A DNA stretch of 64,000 bases from Escherichia phage vB_EcoM_OE5505. The notes below the pieces were generated by a model. It worked only from the letters and a program-made list of their open reading frames with translations. It made no database searches and was not told the origin of the DNA. Each line of letters opens with the position of its first letter. Within the stretch, counting starts at the first letter, position 1. This document shows, in pieces, positions 20,526 through 31,439 of the stretch. A program made the translations under genes and the position numbers. The stretch is taken from the sequence record NC_054926.1; one strand, written 5' to 3'.

Positions 20526-21985
20526 AAACCAGTTACCTCATGAAAATCACCAAATACATCCTCGAATGTATTAGCTTTAGTTTTATCTTCACGCAAACGA
20601 ATCGCAATCGGAAGAAATAATTTAACGTAATCAGTGCGGCCATCAGATTTTAACCAACCGTTGCATTCGCACTCTAGAATTTTTCCAATATAATAATTTT
20701 GGTTTTCCATAATGCGAGTACGGTCAAGTTCATGCGATTTTACACCGGCTTTATCTTTTAAGCCTGAACCAGCATTTACCTTAATTTTTCCACACTCTGA
20801 TTCAAGAATAAATCCACCCGCTTTAGTAGGGTCTTTACGGTGAGGATAAATTCCTACAATTTTTAAATCAACATCAATTACTTCTTTAAATTTATAGAGA
20901 TTTTTTGAACGAGCATTTTCCCATAATCCATCGATATTTTTGAGAATAATACCTTCAAGACCTTGGTCAATATACTTTTTATAAATTACCTTAGCTTCAT
21001 CTAGGTTATTTACTACTTGGTTTTCAATTAAAATTACTTTATCATATCCTGATGTCATTTGTTCTAGTTTAGAAAAACGTACATCATATTTTAAACGAAA
21101 CGCCGGAAGACCGTATATTTCTACTAACGGGACATAATCCCAGACCTGAAACTTCATGCATTGAGCTTCTTTTTCTGAAATAGTTCCCTTTAAAGATTTA
21201 TTGGCAATTCCATTAGAAGCAGTACGAGATTCAGCTACTTCGGCGAATTCTTTAGCTTTACTAATTTCAGGATAAGCATCAAAAAGAAAATCTAGGCCTT
21301 CTGGTTCCTTTTCAACTTGCTCATGGTATACCAATTCGCCATCAATTAACACACCTTCTGGATGAATCTGGCGGGCTTCAGCGGTCATTTTGATTAACTC
21401 TTCCTTAAGAAGGTCTAATCCTAGATATTCATTACCAGCTCGTGATAAAAGACGAACATCATCTAATTCATCACCTCTAACTTCAGCAAAACACCGAGCT
21501 CCATCAGCTTTTAACTGGGCAAAGGCTGGAAATTTAATATTCTTATTAATGCCTTTTTCATCATAAGAACTTGCCAGCATTTGAGGTTGTTCAGGAATTA
21601 AACCTGGCCAAACTTTGTTTGCAATAGATACTGAAGCACCACATTCAAGGTCTCGCATCATCACTCGACGCAAAACTTCAACATCATCTTTTTTACCATC
21701 GGTGATGTATCCAGTTAATTCCTCAATTGCCGCATTTCCAGTCAATTTCCGAGTAGCTAACGTGAATTCAATGAAGTCAAGCATATCGGTAAGAGTCAAC
21801 ATTCCAAAACTCTGGGTAGCAATACCAGGTTTAGGCCATTTCTTGATATAATACTGTAACCCACGAGAATAAGTCAGACGATATACTCGTTTAAGCAATT
21901 CATTATCTTTATTCTTTTCAAGAATTGCTTGCTTCTGTTTAGTTGAACCAATAGATGCTATTTCGTTCAGAATTTTAAGAATCAT
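20522..21985 (-). CDS. 30: ATP-dependent DNA ligase gp30
   Basis: 487-aa ORF matching T4 DNA ligase (MILKILNEIASIGSTKQKQAILEKNKDNELLKRVYRLTYSRGLQYYIKKWPKP…). Confidence 0.9.
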   Translation of the reverse strand: MILKILNEIASIGSTKQKQAILEKNKDNELLKRVYRLTYSRGLQYYIKKWPKPGIATQSFGMLTLTDMLDFIEFTLATRKLTGNAAIEELTGYITDGKKDDVEVLRRVMMRDLECGASVSIANKVWPGLIPEQPQMLASSYDEKGINKNIKFPAFAQLKADGARCFAEVRGDELDDVRLLSRAGNEYLGLDLLKEELIKMTAEARQIHPEGVLIDGELVYHEQVEKEPEGLDFLFDAYPEISKAKEFAEVAESRTASNGIANKSLKGTISEKEAQCMKFQVWDYVPLVEIYGLPAFRLKYDVRFSKLEQMTSGYDKVILIENQVVNNLDEAKVIYKKYIDQGLEGIILKNIDGLWENARSKNLYKFKEVIDVDLKIVGIYPHRKDPTKAGGFILESECGKIKVNAGSGLKDKAGVKSHELDRTRIMENQNYYIGKILECECNGWLKSDGRTDYVKLFLPIAIRLREDKTKANTFEDVFGDFHEVTGL

Positions 21986-22251
21986 TGTTCATCCTTTAGA
22001 GTTTGGTTTACAGCTCTATTATAAATCAATTCATCATTAAGCTCAGTCAAAGACCTGTGGTACGTGGTTCTAACTTTATTTCCTTGCATCCAGTGCTTGA
22101 CGTAAATGAAACCTTGCTCTACACATTTTTTAAAAATTCGTTCGTCTTTTTGAGCTCGGAATTCTGGATTGCATCTAAAAAATTGATTTACGTGACCGTA
22201 ATCACGTGTAGTATTACCTTCATTTTCATAAATAGTGTGAACAACAAACAT
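21982..22251 (-). CDS. Hypothetical protein (30.1 position)
   Basis: 89-aa ORF. Confidence 0.55.
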   Translation of the reverse strand: MFVVHTIYENEGNTTRDYGHVNQFFRCNPEFRAQKDERIFKKCVEQGFIYVKHWMQGNKVRTTYHRSLTELNDELIYNRAVNQTLKDEQ

Positions 22252-23090
22252 TAGAATGCTCCTTGGAAAATATTATCACCACTAGTAGGTCTATTATACA
22301 AATACTCTATGCCACCAGGTTTAATATAGTTCCATGTCTGAAACGGATGTGTCTGATATGGATGATATAGATGATTATAAGGATTAAATCCAGGAGTTCT
22401 CCAGGTAGTGTTCCAAGGAAAAGAATCGTTTTTGATCATCTTCTCGATTGCATCTTTTATAGCTTTTTCACTATCAAAGCTTTCTTTATTTTCCTTTGGT
22501 GAAAAAAGCTTATTCTCTACATCGTTCCATGTATAAACTCGCTGAGCAGTTTTTGGAATATTGTCACGCTCTCCTCGAGCCATCCAATAAACAGGAACAT
22601 TTAATATTTCACTCGCGTGATCGCAGTGGTGAGCGAGATCGTCAATATAACAAATTACGTTATATTTCTCTTTTGCCTTTTTGAACAACTCTTCTTTTGA
22701 AGAATCATGACCACACATCATTACTTCTGAGAAGGCACCAGGAAAAAGAGCATTCAAATTAAATTGACGATTCAGCAGAGCGTCAATAGAATCACCCAGT
22801 GCTGTAACAGCTACAAAATTATAATCTTCTTTTAATTTGTTAATTACACACAGAGCATCTTTATATGGAGACAAGTAACGAATAAAATCCGAACGATTGT
22901 ATTTTTCAATTAACTTGACGCCAAGTTCTTCATCACAATTAAAAAGTTTACCTGGAGAAATAAATTTCTCATCTTGGATCATTTTTAAAATATGTTCCAA
23001 CGGAAGGTTATATTTCTGGGCAAAATAAGGAAGGCCTGATTGCCAGCTTAAACATACTCCATCAATATCAGTTAAAATAGTAGGCTTCAT
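22251..23090 (-). CDS. HAD-superfamily-like hydrolase (30.2 position)
   Basis: 279-aa ORF with N-terminal LTDIDGV, resembling HAD motif I (DxDGT/V). Confidence 0.6.
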   Translation of the reverse strand: MKPTILTDIDGVCLSWQSGLPYFAQKYNLPLEHILKMIQDEKFISPGKLFNCDEELGVKLIEKYNRSDFIRYLSPYKDALCVINKLKEDYNFVAVTALGDSIDALLNRQFNLNALFPGAFSEVMMCGHDSSKEELFKKAKEKYNVICYIDDLAHHCDHASEILNVPVYWMARGERDNIPKTAQRVYTWNDVENKLFSPKENKESFDSEKAIKDAIEKMIKNDSFPWNTTWRTPGFNPYNHLYHPYQTHPFQTWNYIKPGGIEYLYNRPTSGDNIFQGAF

Positions 23091-23545
23091 AAAGAGTCTC
23101 TTAATAGGTTTAACACATCAATAAATTCAGCTTCGGTTAGTATTGTATCATCTTTTGTTAGACCACTAGCCATGCTGTGCTTCAAAACTTTTCCTTTCGA
23201 GGCTTGTAATGCATCGCGAAAGCCCCTATTTTGGATCGCTGCTTCAAAATATGCATTTGTGTATAATTCTTTCCACGCTGGGGAGTATCTTGAAAATGGA
23301 ACTCCAAGCCAGAAGAGGGTCCCACGGTCCTGAGCTCTAGCATAAGACCTTCCAGCTTGTTGGGCGGCAAGCCCGGATAACCCAAATATACGACGTTGTT
23401 GTTCAACGTTTTTCACCTTGCATCCTTGGAGGAATCCTTCAAGACCTCCAAATTGAATACCATCCATAACGAAAGGCCAATGGGCGAAATTACTTAATGC
23501 ACATGATGGCCACCTAAAATTACTTCTAATCTCTAACTCAGACAT
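23087..23545 (-). CDS. NADAR (DUF1768/YbiA-like) domain protein (30.3 position)
   Basis: N-terminal SNFAHWPFVMDGIQFGGLEGFLQGCK fits the NADAR signature; track start is TTG at 23551, ATG at 23545. Confidence 0.55.
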   Translation of the reverse strand: MSELEIRSNFRWPSCALSNFAHWPFVMDGIQFGGLEGFLQGCKVKNVEQQRRIFGLSGLAAQQAGRSYARAQDRGTLFWLGVPFSRYSPAWKELYTNAYFEAAIQNRGFRDALQASKGKVLKHSMASGLTKDDTILTEAEFIDVLNLLRDSL

Positions 23546-23744
23546 TTTCAATGCTTATAATTTCAACATCAGCCCAATGACCATAGCAAGGAAGACGAAA
23601 TTCAACTGGCCAGTTAGGGTCCTTTTCTAATATAATAGACTTAACTTGTGGTTCTTCATGTTCATCAGTATATGGATTTTTATCTGTTACTTTATATGTG
23701 ACCTTAATGTACTGAATTCCAAAAATCTTATTAATTATATTCAT
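23538..23744 (-). CDS. Hypothetical 68-aa protein
   Basis: ORF in the gene 30 to rIII small-gene cluster. Confidence 0.45.
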   Translation of the reverse strand: MNIINKIFGIQYIKVTYKVTDKNPYTDEHEEPQVKSIILEKDPNWPVEFRLPCYGHWADVEIISIENV

Positions 23745-23938
23745 ACTAGTTCCTTTAATCCGTAGATAGGAGATAATTCATCGCCCATATGAAGGTCTTC
23801 ATTTCCATCTACCCAAGAAACAATATAAGCCTCTTTTATTTGAATACCACTCCATTTAAACGGAGGTAGAACCTTAGAAATTAATCCAGGTATACCAACT
23901 CCCTTTAATTCAACGGTTTGACCTAAAAAGAATTTCAT
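23741..23938 (-). CDS. Hypothetical 65-aa protein
   Basis: ORF, ATGA overlap with its neighbour. Confidence 0.45.
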   Translation of the reverse strand: MKFFLGQTVELKGVGIPGLISKVLPPFKWSGIQIKEAYIVSWVDGNEDLHMGDELSPIYGLKELV

Positions 23939-24225
23939 TAGAACCTCATCTGAAAACCGTGCGATTTAACATTACCGCCATTAATATCAGAACTATTAAT
24001 TTCGCGTGCAATTGAAGGATCAATGTCAATTTCACGATTGAGTTTAGCGATAGCTAGAGTATCACGCCCATTTACAGTACGAAACTCTAAAGGGCAGACT
24101 GCATTAACATAGTTTTTAATCGATTCACTGGTAGGTTGCAAATGAGCAGGAAGGTCTTTAGGCGCCTTAGAGAAAACCACTTCACAGAAATTTTTGCGGG
24201 TATCAAAATAAGTAGTCATAAACAT
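23938..24225 (-). CDS. Hypothetical protein, about 95 aa (30.5 position)
   Basis: ATG at 24225 is preceded by GAGGAAAA and a GGGGC-TTCG-GCCCC hairpin; the track ORF extends upstream through the hairpin. Confidence 0.5.
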   Translation of the reverse strand: MFMTTYFDTRKNFCEVVFSKAPKDLPAHLQPTSESIKNYVNAVCPLEFRTVNGRDTLAIAKLNREIDIDPSIAREINSSDINGGNVKSHGFQMRF

Positions 24226-24265
24226 AGTATTTTCCTCAGTAAGGGGCCGAAGCCCCTGTTTTATT

Positions 24266-24631
24266 TTAAATATCAAATTCGTTAAGAACTACATCAAAGA
24301 TTGCTTCAAGATGCTCAGGTTTAGCTCTGTTACTCAAAATATGACGAATCCAAGTTTTAACCAGAAGCTTACGATTGACGCCATTCCAGCAAGGATGAGT
24401 CCCTAAATCACGTTGACGAAAATCATCATCTAATGCGATTTTAAAAGAAGAACCTTCTTTCGTGATTGAAACCGTGATGCCATTTTCAAATCGCATATAA
24501 ACGTAGTTAGGAGTCATATACTGTTCAATTTCGCATACTGATCCATTTTGATGTTTCCAAAGGCAGATGGTATCAATAGAACCTGCAATACCATTAGAAA
24601 CATATTTACGTTCAAAGTTGATGTAGTTCAT
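24266..24631 (-). CDS. Hypothetical 121-aa protein
   Basis: ORF with upstream early-type promoter. Confidence 0.5.
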   Translation of the reverse strand: MNYINFERKYVSNGIAGSIDTICLWKHQNGSVCEIEQYMTPNYVYMRFENGITVSITKEGSSFKIALDDDFRQRDLGTHPCWNGVNRKLLVKTWIRHILSNRAKPEHLEAIFDVVLNEFDI

Positions 24632-24699
24632 TTTTATTCTCCGAGATGTTTAATTGTGGTACAGGTATATAATATCATGTCCTGTACCAAAGTAAACAA

Positions 24700-25032
24700 T
24701 TATTTTACTACTTTCCAATGCTTCATGTCAAGTTTACCAACTTTTTTCATCTTCTCAATTAAGCGTTCGGCACGTTGGCGAGCTGTAACATAATGCCATT
24801 CGCCTAATTCATTTTGTTCAATTTTTCCAACGATTACTGTATTCAATTCATAAATCCAACCAGTAAAGAAATTATGAACTTGAATTGTAAAGGTGAAATC
24901 TGTTCCCATACCTTCTGTTGTTTCTACTTCAATAATATCACCTTCAACTGCCATTAAGAACCACATAGTTTCATCATATTTACCATTGAAGCATTTAGTT
25001 TTAACTGCAGCGTTCAGATTAATCGTTTTCAT
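24700..25032 (-). CDS. Hypothetical 110-aa protein
   Basis: ORF with AAGGAG ribosome-binding site and upstream early-type promoter. Confidence 0.55.
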   Translation of the reverse strand: MKTINLNAAVKTKCFNGKYDETMWFLMAVEGDIIEVETTEGMGTDFTFTIQVHNFFTGWIYELNTVIVGKIEQNELGEWHYVTARQRAERLIEKMKKVGKLDMKHWKVVK

Positions 25033-25055
25033 TTTATTCTCCTTTGTTTGTGTAA

Positions 25056-25089
25056 GATAATACTATCACAAAGGAACTATACTGTAAAC
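25056..25089 (-). promoter_or_regulatory. T4 early-type promoter
   Basis: GTTTAC -35 and TAGTAT/TATTAT -10 on the - strand. Confidence 0.4.
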
Positions 25090-25122
25090 AACTTTATGCA
25101 ATCTTTGGAAAATAAAAAAGGA

Positions 25123-25142
25123 CTCCCGAAGGAGTCCTCAAC
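25123..25142 (-). terminator. Hairpin terminator
   Basis: AGGACTCC-CGAA-GGAGTCCT followed by a T-run on the - strand. Confidence 0.5.
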
Positions 25143-25319
25143 TTATGCTTTCTGCTTACCAAAACGAGAAGCATCATCTCGAAGAACCGCACGTGCTCGA
25201 CGCATGATCTTCTCAACAGTTTGATTGATACGAGAGTTCGACACACGCTTGTAGCCAGCGCGTTTAGAATCACCAACTTTCTTTTCAACTGCTTTCTTTG
25301 CTTTAACTTGTTTTGCCAT
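25143..25319 (-). CDS. Small basic protein (lysine/arginine-rich)
   Basis: MAKQVKAKKAVEKK…; start chosen at the internal ATG, an upstream in-frame ATG at 25361 is also possible. Confidence 0.4.
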   Translation of the reverse strand: MAKQVKAKKAVEKKVGDSKRAGYKRVSNSRINQTVEKIMRRARAVLRDDASRFGKQKA

Positions 25320-25606
25320 TATAAATTCTCTTTTAAATGAAAATGCAGGACTTATTGGCATTGCCTGCGCAAGCCCTCAAGGGGAACATAGGTTTTGAAT
25401 ATTTACCGACAGGATAACCATAAACCTCGTCAACATACCACCAAGACTTACACAGATAACACTTTTCTGACGCATGATAGTAACATTCAAGAGGTACACC
25501 ATAAAACTGCCGGGGTCTTAAAACTATAATGATTCGCAAATCATTAATCAGACAGTTCGATGGCTCCTCGATTTAGCTCACACTAAGGCAGTGAATCTCC
25601 AATAAA

Positions 25607-25855
25607 TTACTTCAGTGTTACCACAAAGTGACGAACTGCTTTTCGTGCAGCAGAAGCCAAAGGCTTAGCATATTTAAGTTCATCTTTTTCCTGAAGCTCA
25701 GCAGCTAATGCAGTTTGAGCAGGATTCAGATGTTTGAAATAACGCAGGATTTCAAGAGCTTCGGCTTCAACATCAATAGATGCGCCATAGTTTTCGTGAC
25801 CATTATTCCATGCGTTTCGTTGCAGTTCAAGAGCGTGTTGTAATTGTTTAATCAT
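25607..25855 (-). CDS. rIII: rIII lysis-inhibition accessory protein
   Basis: 82-aa ORF matching T4 rIII in length and sequence as recalled. Confidence 0.8.
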   Translation of the reverse strand: MIKQLQHALELQRNAWNNGHENYGASIDVEAEALEILRYFKHLNPAQTALAAELQEKDELKYAKPLASAARKAVRHFVVTLK

Positions 25856-26002
25856 TTAAAAATTCTCGTTAGAGATTAAAACTCGGTAGTCACGTTCTTC
25901 TGAATTTCATCTTCTTTCGACAGATCTCTCAGTTGTAGACTACCACATAGAATTGTTCGGTTAACTTATTATTCCGACATCCAATTCATATTATTATTTA
26001 TA

Positions 26003-26338
26003 TCACTTATAAAGACACGGAATAGCTTTATAGTGACAGGTAACGAATTTTTGTTTAATTTCTTTTGGCTGCTTAAGACCCAGAGCTACAAAAGGATGCG
26101 GAACATTTCGAATTTGACCAACTGGAAGAGAAGTCAAATCACCAACTTCGCAGAAACCTTCAGGAACATCAGGACCGACAGAGTGAACTACACACAGTTC
26201 AGGAACTTCACCTTGGACACGTTTACCGATAATAAGTCCTGATTCTGTAACTTCTTCATCACCCGCCTGTGCGGGTTCAGAAACTAAAATAACATATTCA
26301 CCGACAGCACGAATTGGTAGCTGTTGTACTTCAGACAT
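26003..26338 (-). CDS. 31: Co-chaperonin gp31 (GroES-like)
   Basis: 111-aa ORF matching T4 gp31. Confidence 0.9.
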
Positions 26339-26394
26339 TGTTTTTCCTTTTTGTTAACAGATGAATTAATAATAACAAATAATTCTTAAAGCAT

Positions 26395-26703
26395 TTATTT
26401 ACCAATAAATTGAAGCAAATGCTCAACTTTCATACCATTAACGGAAATCAATTTGTCAATAGAAAAACCTCGCCATGCACCAAGCTCAACATCAAATACT
26501 GGAATCATATCAGTAGATTCTTTCCGAGTAGATTCAGTTAATTTACCAGTTTGCATGGTTGGCATAAAGTCTGCGTCACGAGTACCTTTCATAGTACGAA
26601 TAGTACCATCAGACTTTTCAAAAACTACGTTTGAAACACCCATGGACAATTTAGTTTTCAAAATTTCACGAATTGCTACTTTCTGCTCAGTTGTCAGTTT
26701 CAT
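26395..26703 (-). CDS. Hypothetical 102-aa protein
   Basis: ORF between cd and 31. Confidence 0.5.
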   Translation of the reverse strand: MKLTTEQKVAIREILKTKLSMGVSNVVFEKSDGTIRTMKGTRDADFMPTMQTGKLTESTRKESTDMIPVFDVELGAWRGFSIDKLISVNGMKVEHLLQFIGK

Positions 26704-26940
26704 TTATTTACCTATCACAGTTTTAATATGAGTTGTTCCACGTTCTTTAAGGGTGGAAAGTAATTTTTGGCATTTTTCTAAATCAGATTTCCAACTATAT
26801 GGTCTATCAATACTAGTCCAATCAGTTTTATAATACTGTTTCCATTTAGAGAAAAAATATTTCTTATACTCTACAGCAAATGAGATGTTCTCATTAGAAT
26901 AAGAACTAATTGCTGTGAGCTTTACCAAACGAAATTTCAT
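26704..26940 (-). CDS. Hypothetical 78-aa protein
   Basis: ORF between cd and 31. Confidence 0.45.
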   Translation of the reverse strand: MKFRLVKLTAISSYSNENISFAVEYKKYFFSKWKQYYKTDWTSIDRPYSWKSDLEKCQKLLSTLKERGTTHIKTVIGK

Positions 26941-27521
26941 TATTCACCACAGAATTCGTTGATATTTTCCCAGTTTAACTTATTCAAGTTTTTCTTAGGA
27001 ACATTAAACACTTCAATACCTGCATTTCGCAGAATATCATCCCAGCCAGGTTTATTTTTATCGTATGTTTCGCAATAAACCAGCTTTTTAATACCAGATT
27101 GAGCTATCGCTTTTGCACAATCTGGACAAGGAGAAAGTGTTACATACATAGTAGCACCTTCAATAGAAGAACCATTTCGTGCAGCAAACAAAATTGCATT
27201 TAGTTCAGCATGAATTTCATTTTTAGACGACCATTCAGAGTGAGCGCTGCGATGTTCTTTCGCCAAGACAAAACGATCAGTTGAACAAAATGATACGCAT
27301 TCAGGCTTATGGCCTTGAATGATAGTGTGTTTAGGCTTATTCAACAACCAACCTTGCTCAGCGGCATAATCACAACAGTTCACACCACCAGCAGGTGAAC
27401 CATTATATCCGGTAGAAATAATACGTCCATTCTTTTCAATTACTGCTCCTACCTTCCAGGAGCAGCATTTTGATTCTTGTGATACTAAATATGCAATTTG
27501 AAGTACTGTACTCGCTTTCAT
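26940..27521 (-). CDS. cd: dCMP deaminase
   Basis: 193-aa ORF with a cytidine/deoxycytidylate deaminase zinc motif (HAELNAI…PCPDC). Confidence 0.9.
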   Translation of the reverse strand: MKASTVLQIAYLVSQESKCCSWKVGAVIEKNGRIISTGYNGSPAGGVNCCDYAAEQGWLLNKPKHTIIQGHKPECVSFCSTDRFVLAKEHRSAHSEWSSKNEIHAELNAILFAARNGSSIEGATMYVTLSPCPDCAKAIAQSGIKKLVYCETYDKNKPGWDDILRNAGIEVFNVPKKNLNKLNWENINEFCGE

Positions 27522-27856
27522 TTCATAATCACCAGATAAGCAGATTTAGCAGTTTCAACACGATAAATTTCATGACGAAGTTTAGTTATACTTTTAATAA
27601 CAGAACTAATTATATTCTGCCCATCTTTAAAGCGGTTTTTCTTATCAATAAAAATTGCGCCAGCCATCTTTTTGTGAAGCTCAACTGGATACTTCGTCAC
27701 AATAATAGCATCATACACAGAAGGATGAATACTGTTCACCAGAGTATCATTCATTAAAGTTATTCTAATGAACTGTGCTGTTTCAGAATCAAGCGCTCTA
27801 TGATCGCCAGTATCATTTTCAAGACAATTATCAATTATATCAGTTAAATTCATCAT
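27518..27856 (-). CDS. Hypothetical protein (cd.1 position)
   Basis: 112-aa ORF. Confidence 0.45.
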   Translation of the reverse strand: MMNLTDIIDNCLENDTGDHRALDSETAQFIRITLMNDTLVNSIHPSVYDAIIVTKYPVELHKKMAGAIFIDKKNRFKDGQNIISSVIKSITKLRHEIYRVETAKSAYLVIMK

Positions 27857-28089
27857 AGTACGCCATACACCCTTTGTGCTTCAACTAATCCATCAAAATC
27901 CAATTTGAGATGTGTTATTTGGTCACCATCACCTGGATTCACAATTACTAATACTGAACGAGGAGTCTCGGTAATAACACGAACCGATGTTTCAGGAAAT
28001 CGTTCAGAAACCTTATTTACCAATTCTTGAGCAAATAGTTTAACTTTTTCTTGGAATTCTTTAACAGTAATTGGTTTTTCGCTTAGCAT
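27853..28089 (-). CDS. Hypothetical protein (cd.2 position)
   Basis: 78-aa ORF. Confidence 0.45.
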   Translation of the reverse strand: MLSEKPITVKEFQEKVKLFAQELVNKVSERFPETSVRVITETPRSVLVIVNPGDGDQITHLKLDFDGLVEAQRVYGVL

Positions 28090-28610
28090 GTTGATCCCAG
28101 CTCCTTACTTTCAACGTTTTTAACTAATTTGACAGAAACTAATTCGGCATCTTGGGTAATCATTACCGGGCCTTCTTCATACTCTTCAAGATATTCTAGA
28201 GCTTTCTTTTTAGCTTCTTCCTTCGTATCAGTTTGAGCATAGATATAGAACATACAACCAGTAATACCTACTACTTTCCACTTAATTTCTTTATCAGCTT
28301 TAATTTCAAATTTACTGACAGAATCATCTTTTTGAACTTCTTCGAAAAAAGAATATTCTAACATATAAGCAATTGAAAATAACGGGCTAACTTTATAGGA
28401 TTCGCCCATTACATCAACAGCTTTATACCAGCAATCGTCAATTTCGCGTTTAATGCTAATAACATTTTTCGCAGGATCTATTTTTACTTTAAATGAATTT
28501 TCCCCAATAAACTGGGCAATTCGTTTATTAGCCCCACAAGTTTCATTAAAAATATCTTTATATCCAGCTTTAAAGCGATAAACCTTACCTTCTTCAAACC
28601 ATTCGCTCAT
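28083..28610 (-). CDS. Hypothetical 175-aa protein (cd.3 position)
   Basis: ORF with GAGGAAAT ribosome-binding site and upstream early-type promoter. Confidence 0.5.
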   Translation of the reverse strand: MSEWFEEGKVYRFKAGYKDIFNETCGANKRIAQFIGENSFKVKIDPAKNVISIKREIDDCWYKAVDVMGESYKVSPLFSIAYMLEYSFFEEVQKDDSVSKFEIKADKEIKWKVVGITGCMFYIYAQTDTKEEAKKKALEYLEEYEEGPVMITQDAELVSVKLVKNVESKELGSTC

Positions 28611-28672
28611 TTCAATTTCCTCATTTGTTTTGGTAGAGCTATAATATCACAACTCTACCGTAAAGTAAACTA

Positions 28673-28948
28673 TTAAATTGCTTTGAATTCTGATGTCTGT
28701 GATTCAAAACGAATATCGCCTTTGATAACTAACTCAGCATCAAGACCAAATACGACAATGATATGCGCAGAACCTGGATACAGCGTAATGGCGATAGAAT
28801 CCACCTGGTCTGGAAGCAAAGTGTTCAATACATGAGTCACTTGAGCATGAATTCGAAGCTCAGCTGCGTTATCAAGCTTTTCAAACATATTATTAGCGAT
28901 AATTTGGCTAAACACTACTTCTACGATTTTAGAATAAGTCGGAAACAT
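28673..28948 (-). CDS. Hypothetical 91-aa protein
   Basis: ORF. Confidence 0.45.
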   Translation of the reverse strand: MFPTYSKIVEVVFSQIIANNMFEKLDNAAELRIHAQVTHVLNTLLPDQVDSIAITLYPGSAHIIVVFGLDAELVIKGDIRFESQTSEFKAI

Positions 28949-28950
28949 AT

Positions 28951-29151
28951 TTACCTCACATAATTTTCTTCAAGCCAATCAATAACATCCAACGCATTAT
29001 CAAAAGTTGAACCATCTACTTTGTCTTCTGTTTCATAATCAAGAACATCTAAACCTACTCTTCCATCAACAATAGGCCATAAACAAAATAGATATTTCTT
29101 TTCTTTTTCAATCTTATCACAAAGACGATAAATCTTTTCTATGTTATTCAT
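28951..29151 (-). CDS. Hypothetical 66-aa protein
   Basis: ORF. Confidence 0.45.
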   Translation of the reverse strand: MNNIEKIYRLCDKIEKEKKYLFCLWPIVDGRVGLDVLDYETEDKVDGSTFDNALDVIDWLEENYVR

Positions 29152-29340
29152 AAGTTTTCCATGGTAAAGGCAGTTTAGTTTTCTTTACTGTTAGTTCAAC
29201 ATCAGGATTCTTTTCTCTTAATTTAAGGCATTCCTCCCATGCTCTATTTTCACTAGTAAATACACAAAATTGCCCATTACTAGTACCAACTAAACCGCTA
29301 TTTACAATAACAATAGCCCAAGTTTCATGGTGCCAAGCCA

Positions 29341-29341
<1 letters not shown>
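29144..29341 (-). CDS. Hypothetical 65-aa protein
   Basis: ORF. Confidence 0.45.
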
Positions 29342-30562
<1,221 letters not shown>

Positions 30563-30566
<4 letters not shown>

Positions 30567-30793
30567 TTATTTTTCTCAACCAATGATTGAATATAATCAT
30601 GCAGGTCTTTAGATGCTTTGCCCCACTTATTTTGATATTCATTTTTGAGATTAGCACGTGATTGAGCTAATAAAACATCATTAGTTGGAGGTAAAGATTC
30701 TAATCGTTGAATCTGGCGTCCATAAATCATTGCAGCCATCTCAGATTCATAAATCAATCCTTTGAGATGTTCAAATTGATGCCATGAAATCAT
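30563..30793 (-). CDS. Hypothetical 76-aa protein
   Basis: ORF. Confidence 0.4.
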
Positions 30794-31089
30794 TTACATT
30801 TATCCTCTTTTAGCTCTTGACGATAATAACATATCATAGTTTTTTGGTCATGTACATATCGTTTTACATCATTAAGCCAAATGCGAAATTCCTGGGAATC
30901 TTCAAATGGCATACCGACCCAAGCTTTGCCATCAATAACTTTAACTTGCCAAGATAGTTTAGCTTCGTCATATGACTTTATTTGCACAGGCCAATTAGGA
31001 TGAACTGTTTCTTTCTTTACTTCTAGAGGCTTTGTCGAACAACCAACTAGAAGACCAATAGATAATATTACTGCTGATAGTTTAATCAT
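30790..31089 (-). CDS. Outer-membrane spanin (lipoprotein)
   Basis: Signal peptide with lipobox-like LLVGC (MIKLSAVILSIGLLVGCSTK…). Confidence 0.6.
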   Translation of the reverse strand: MIKLSAVILSIGLLVGCSTKPLEVKKETVHPNWPVQIKSYDEAKLSWQVKVIDGKAWVGMPFEDSQEFRIWLNDVKRYVHDQKTMICYYRQELKEDKCK

Positions 31090-31439
31090 TTAGAAAGGTC
31101 CTGGATGTCTTCTGCGAACTTGTTGAAGGAGTTGTTGATTTGTTTTTCAACCAATCCTGGCTTATGAGCCACCACATCCGCCTTCTTTGCATCTTTGCGC
31201 AGTTTTTCATTTTCACGCTCAATAGCAGCAATTGCCTCACGATTTTTATTATTCATCGCATCAATATAATTATACTGAATTCGCAAATTATCTAATGCTA
31301 AAGCGTTTTCATTGGCCGTTTTTGTAATTTCAGTAACCGATGTTTCTAATCTTTCTACCTTATTTTTTAAAATAATAGATGTTCCGCCAAATGCTATTAC
31401 AAGTAATAGCAATCCAGCTGTAAAATTACTTACATGCAT
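31086..31439 (-). CDS. Inner-membrane spanin
   Basis: N-terminal transmembrane helix (GLLLLVIAFGGTSIIL) followed by a coiled-coil-like region; overlaps the lipoprotein gene. Confidence 0.6.
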   Translation of the reverse strand: MHVSNFTAGLLLLVIAFGGTSIILKNKVERLETSVTEITKTANENALALDNLRIQYNYIDAMNNKNREAIAAIERENEKLRKDAKKADVVAHKPGLVEKQINNSFNKFAEDIQDLSK

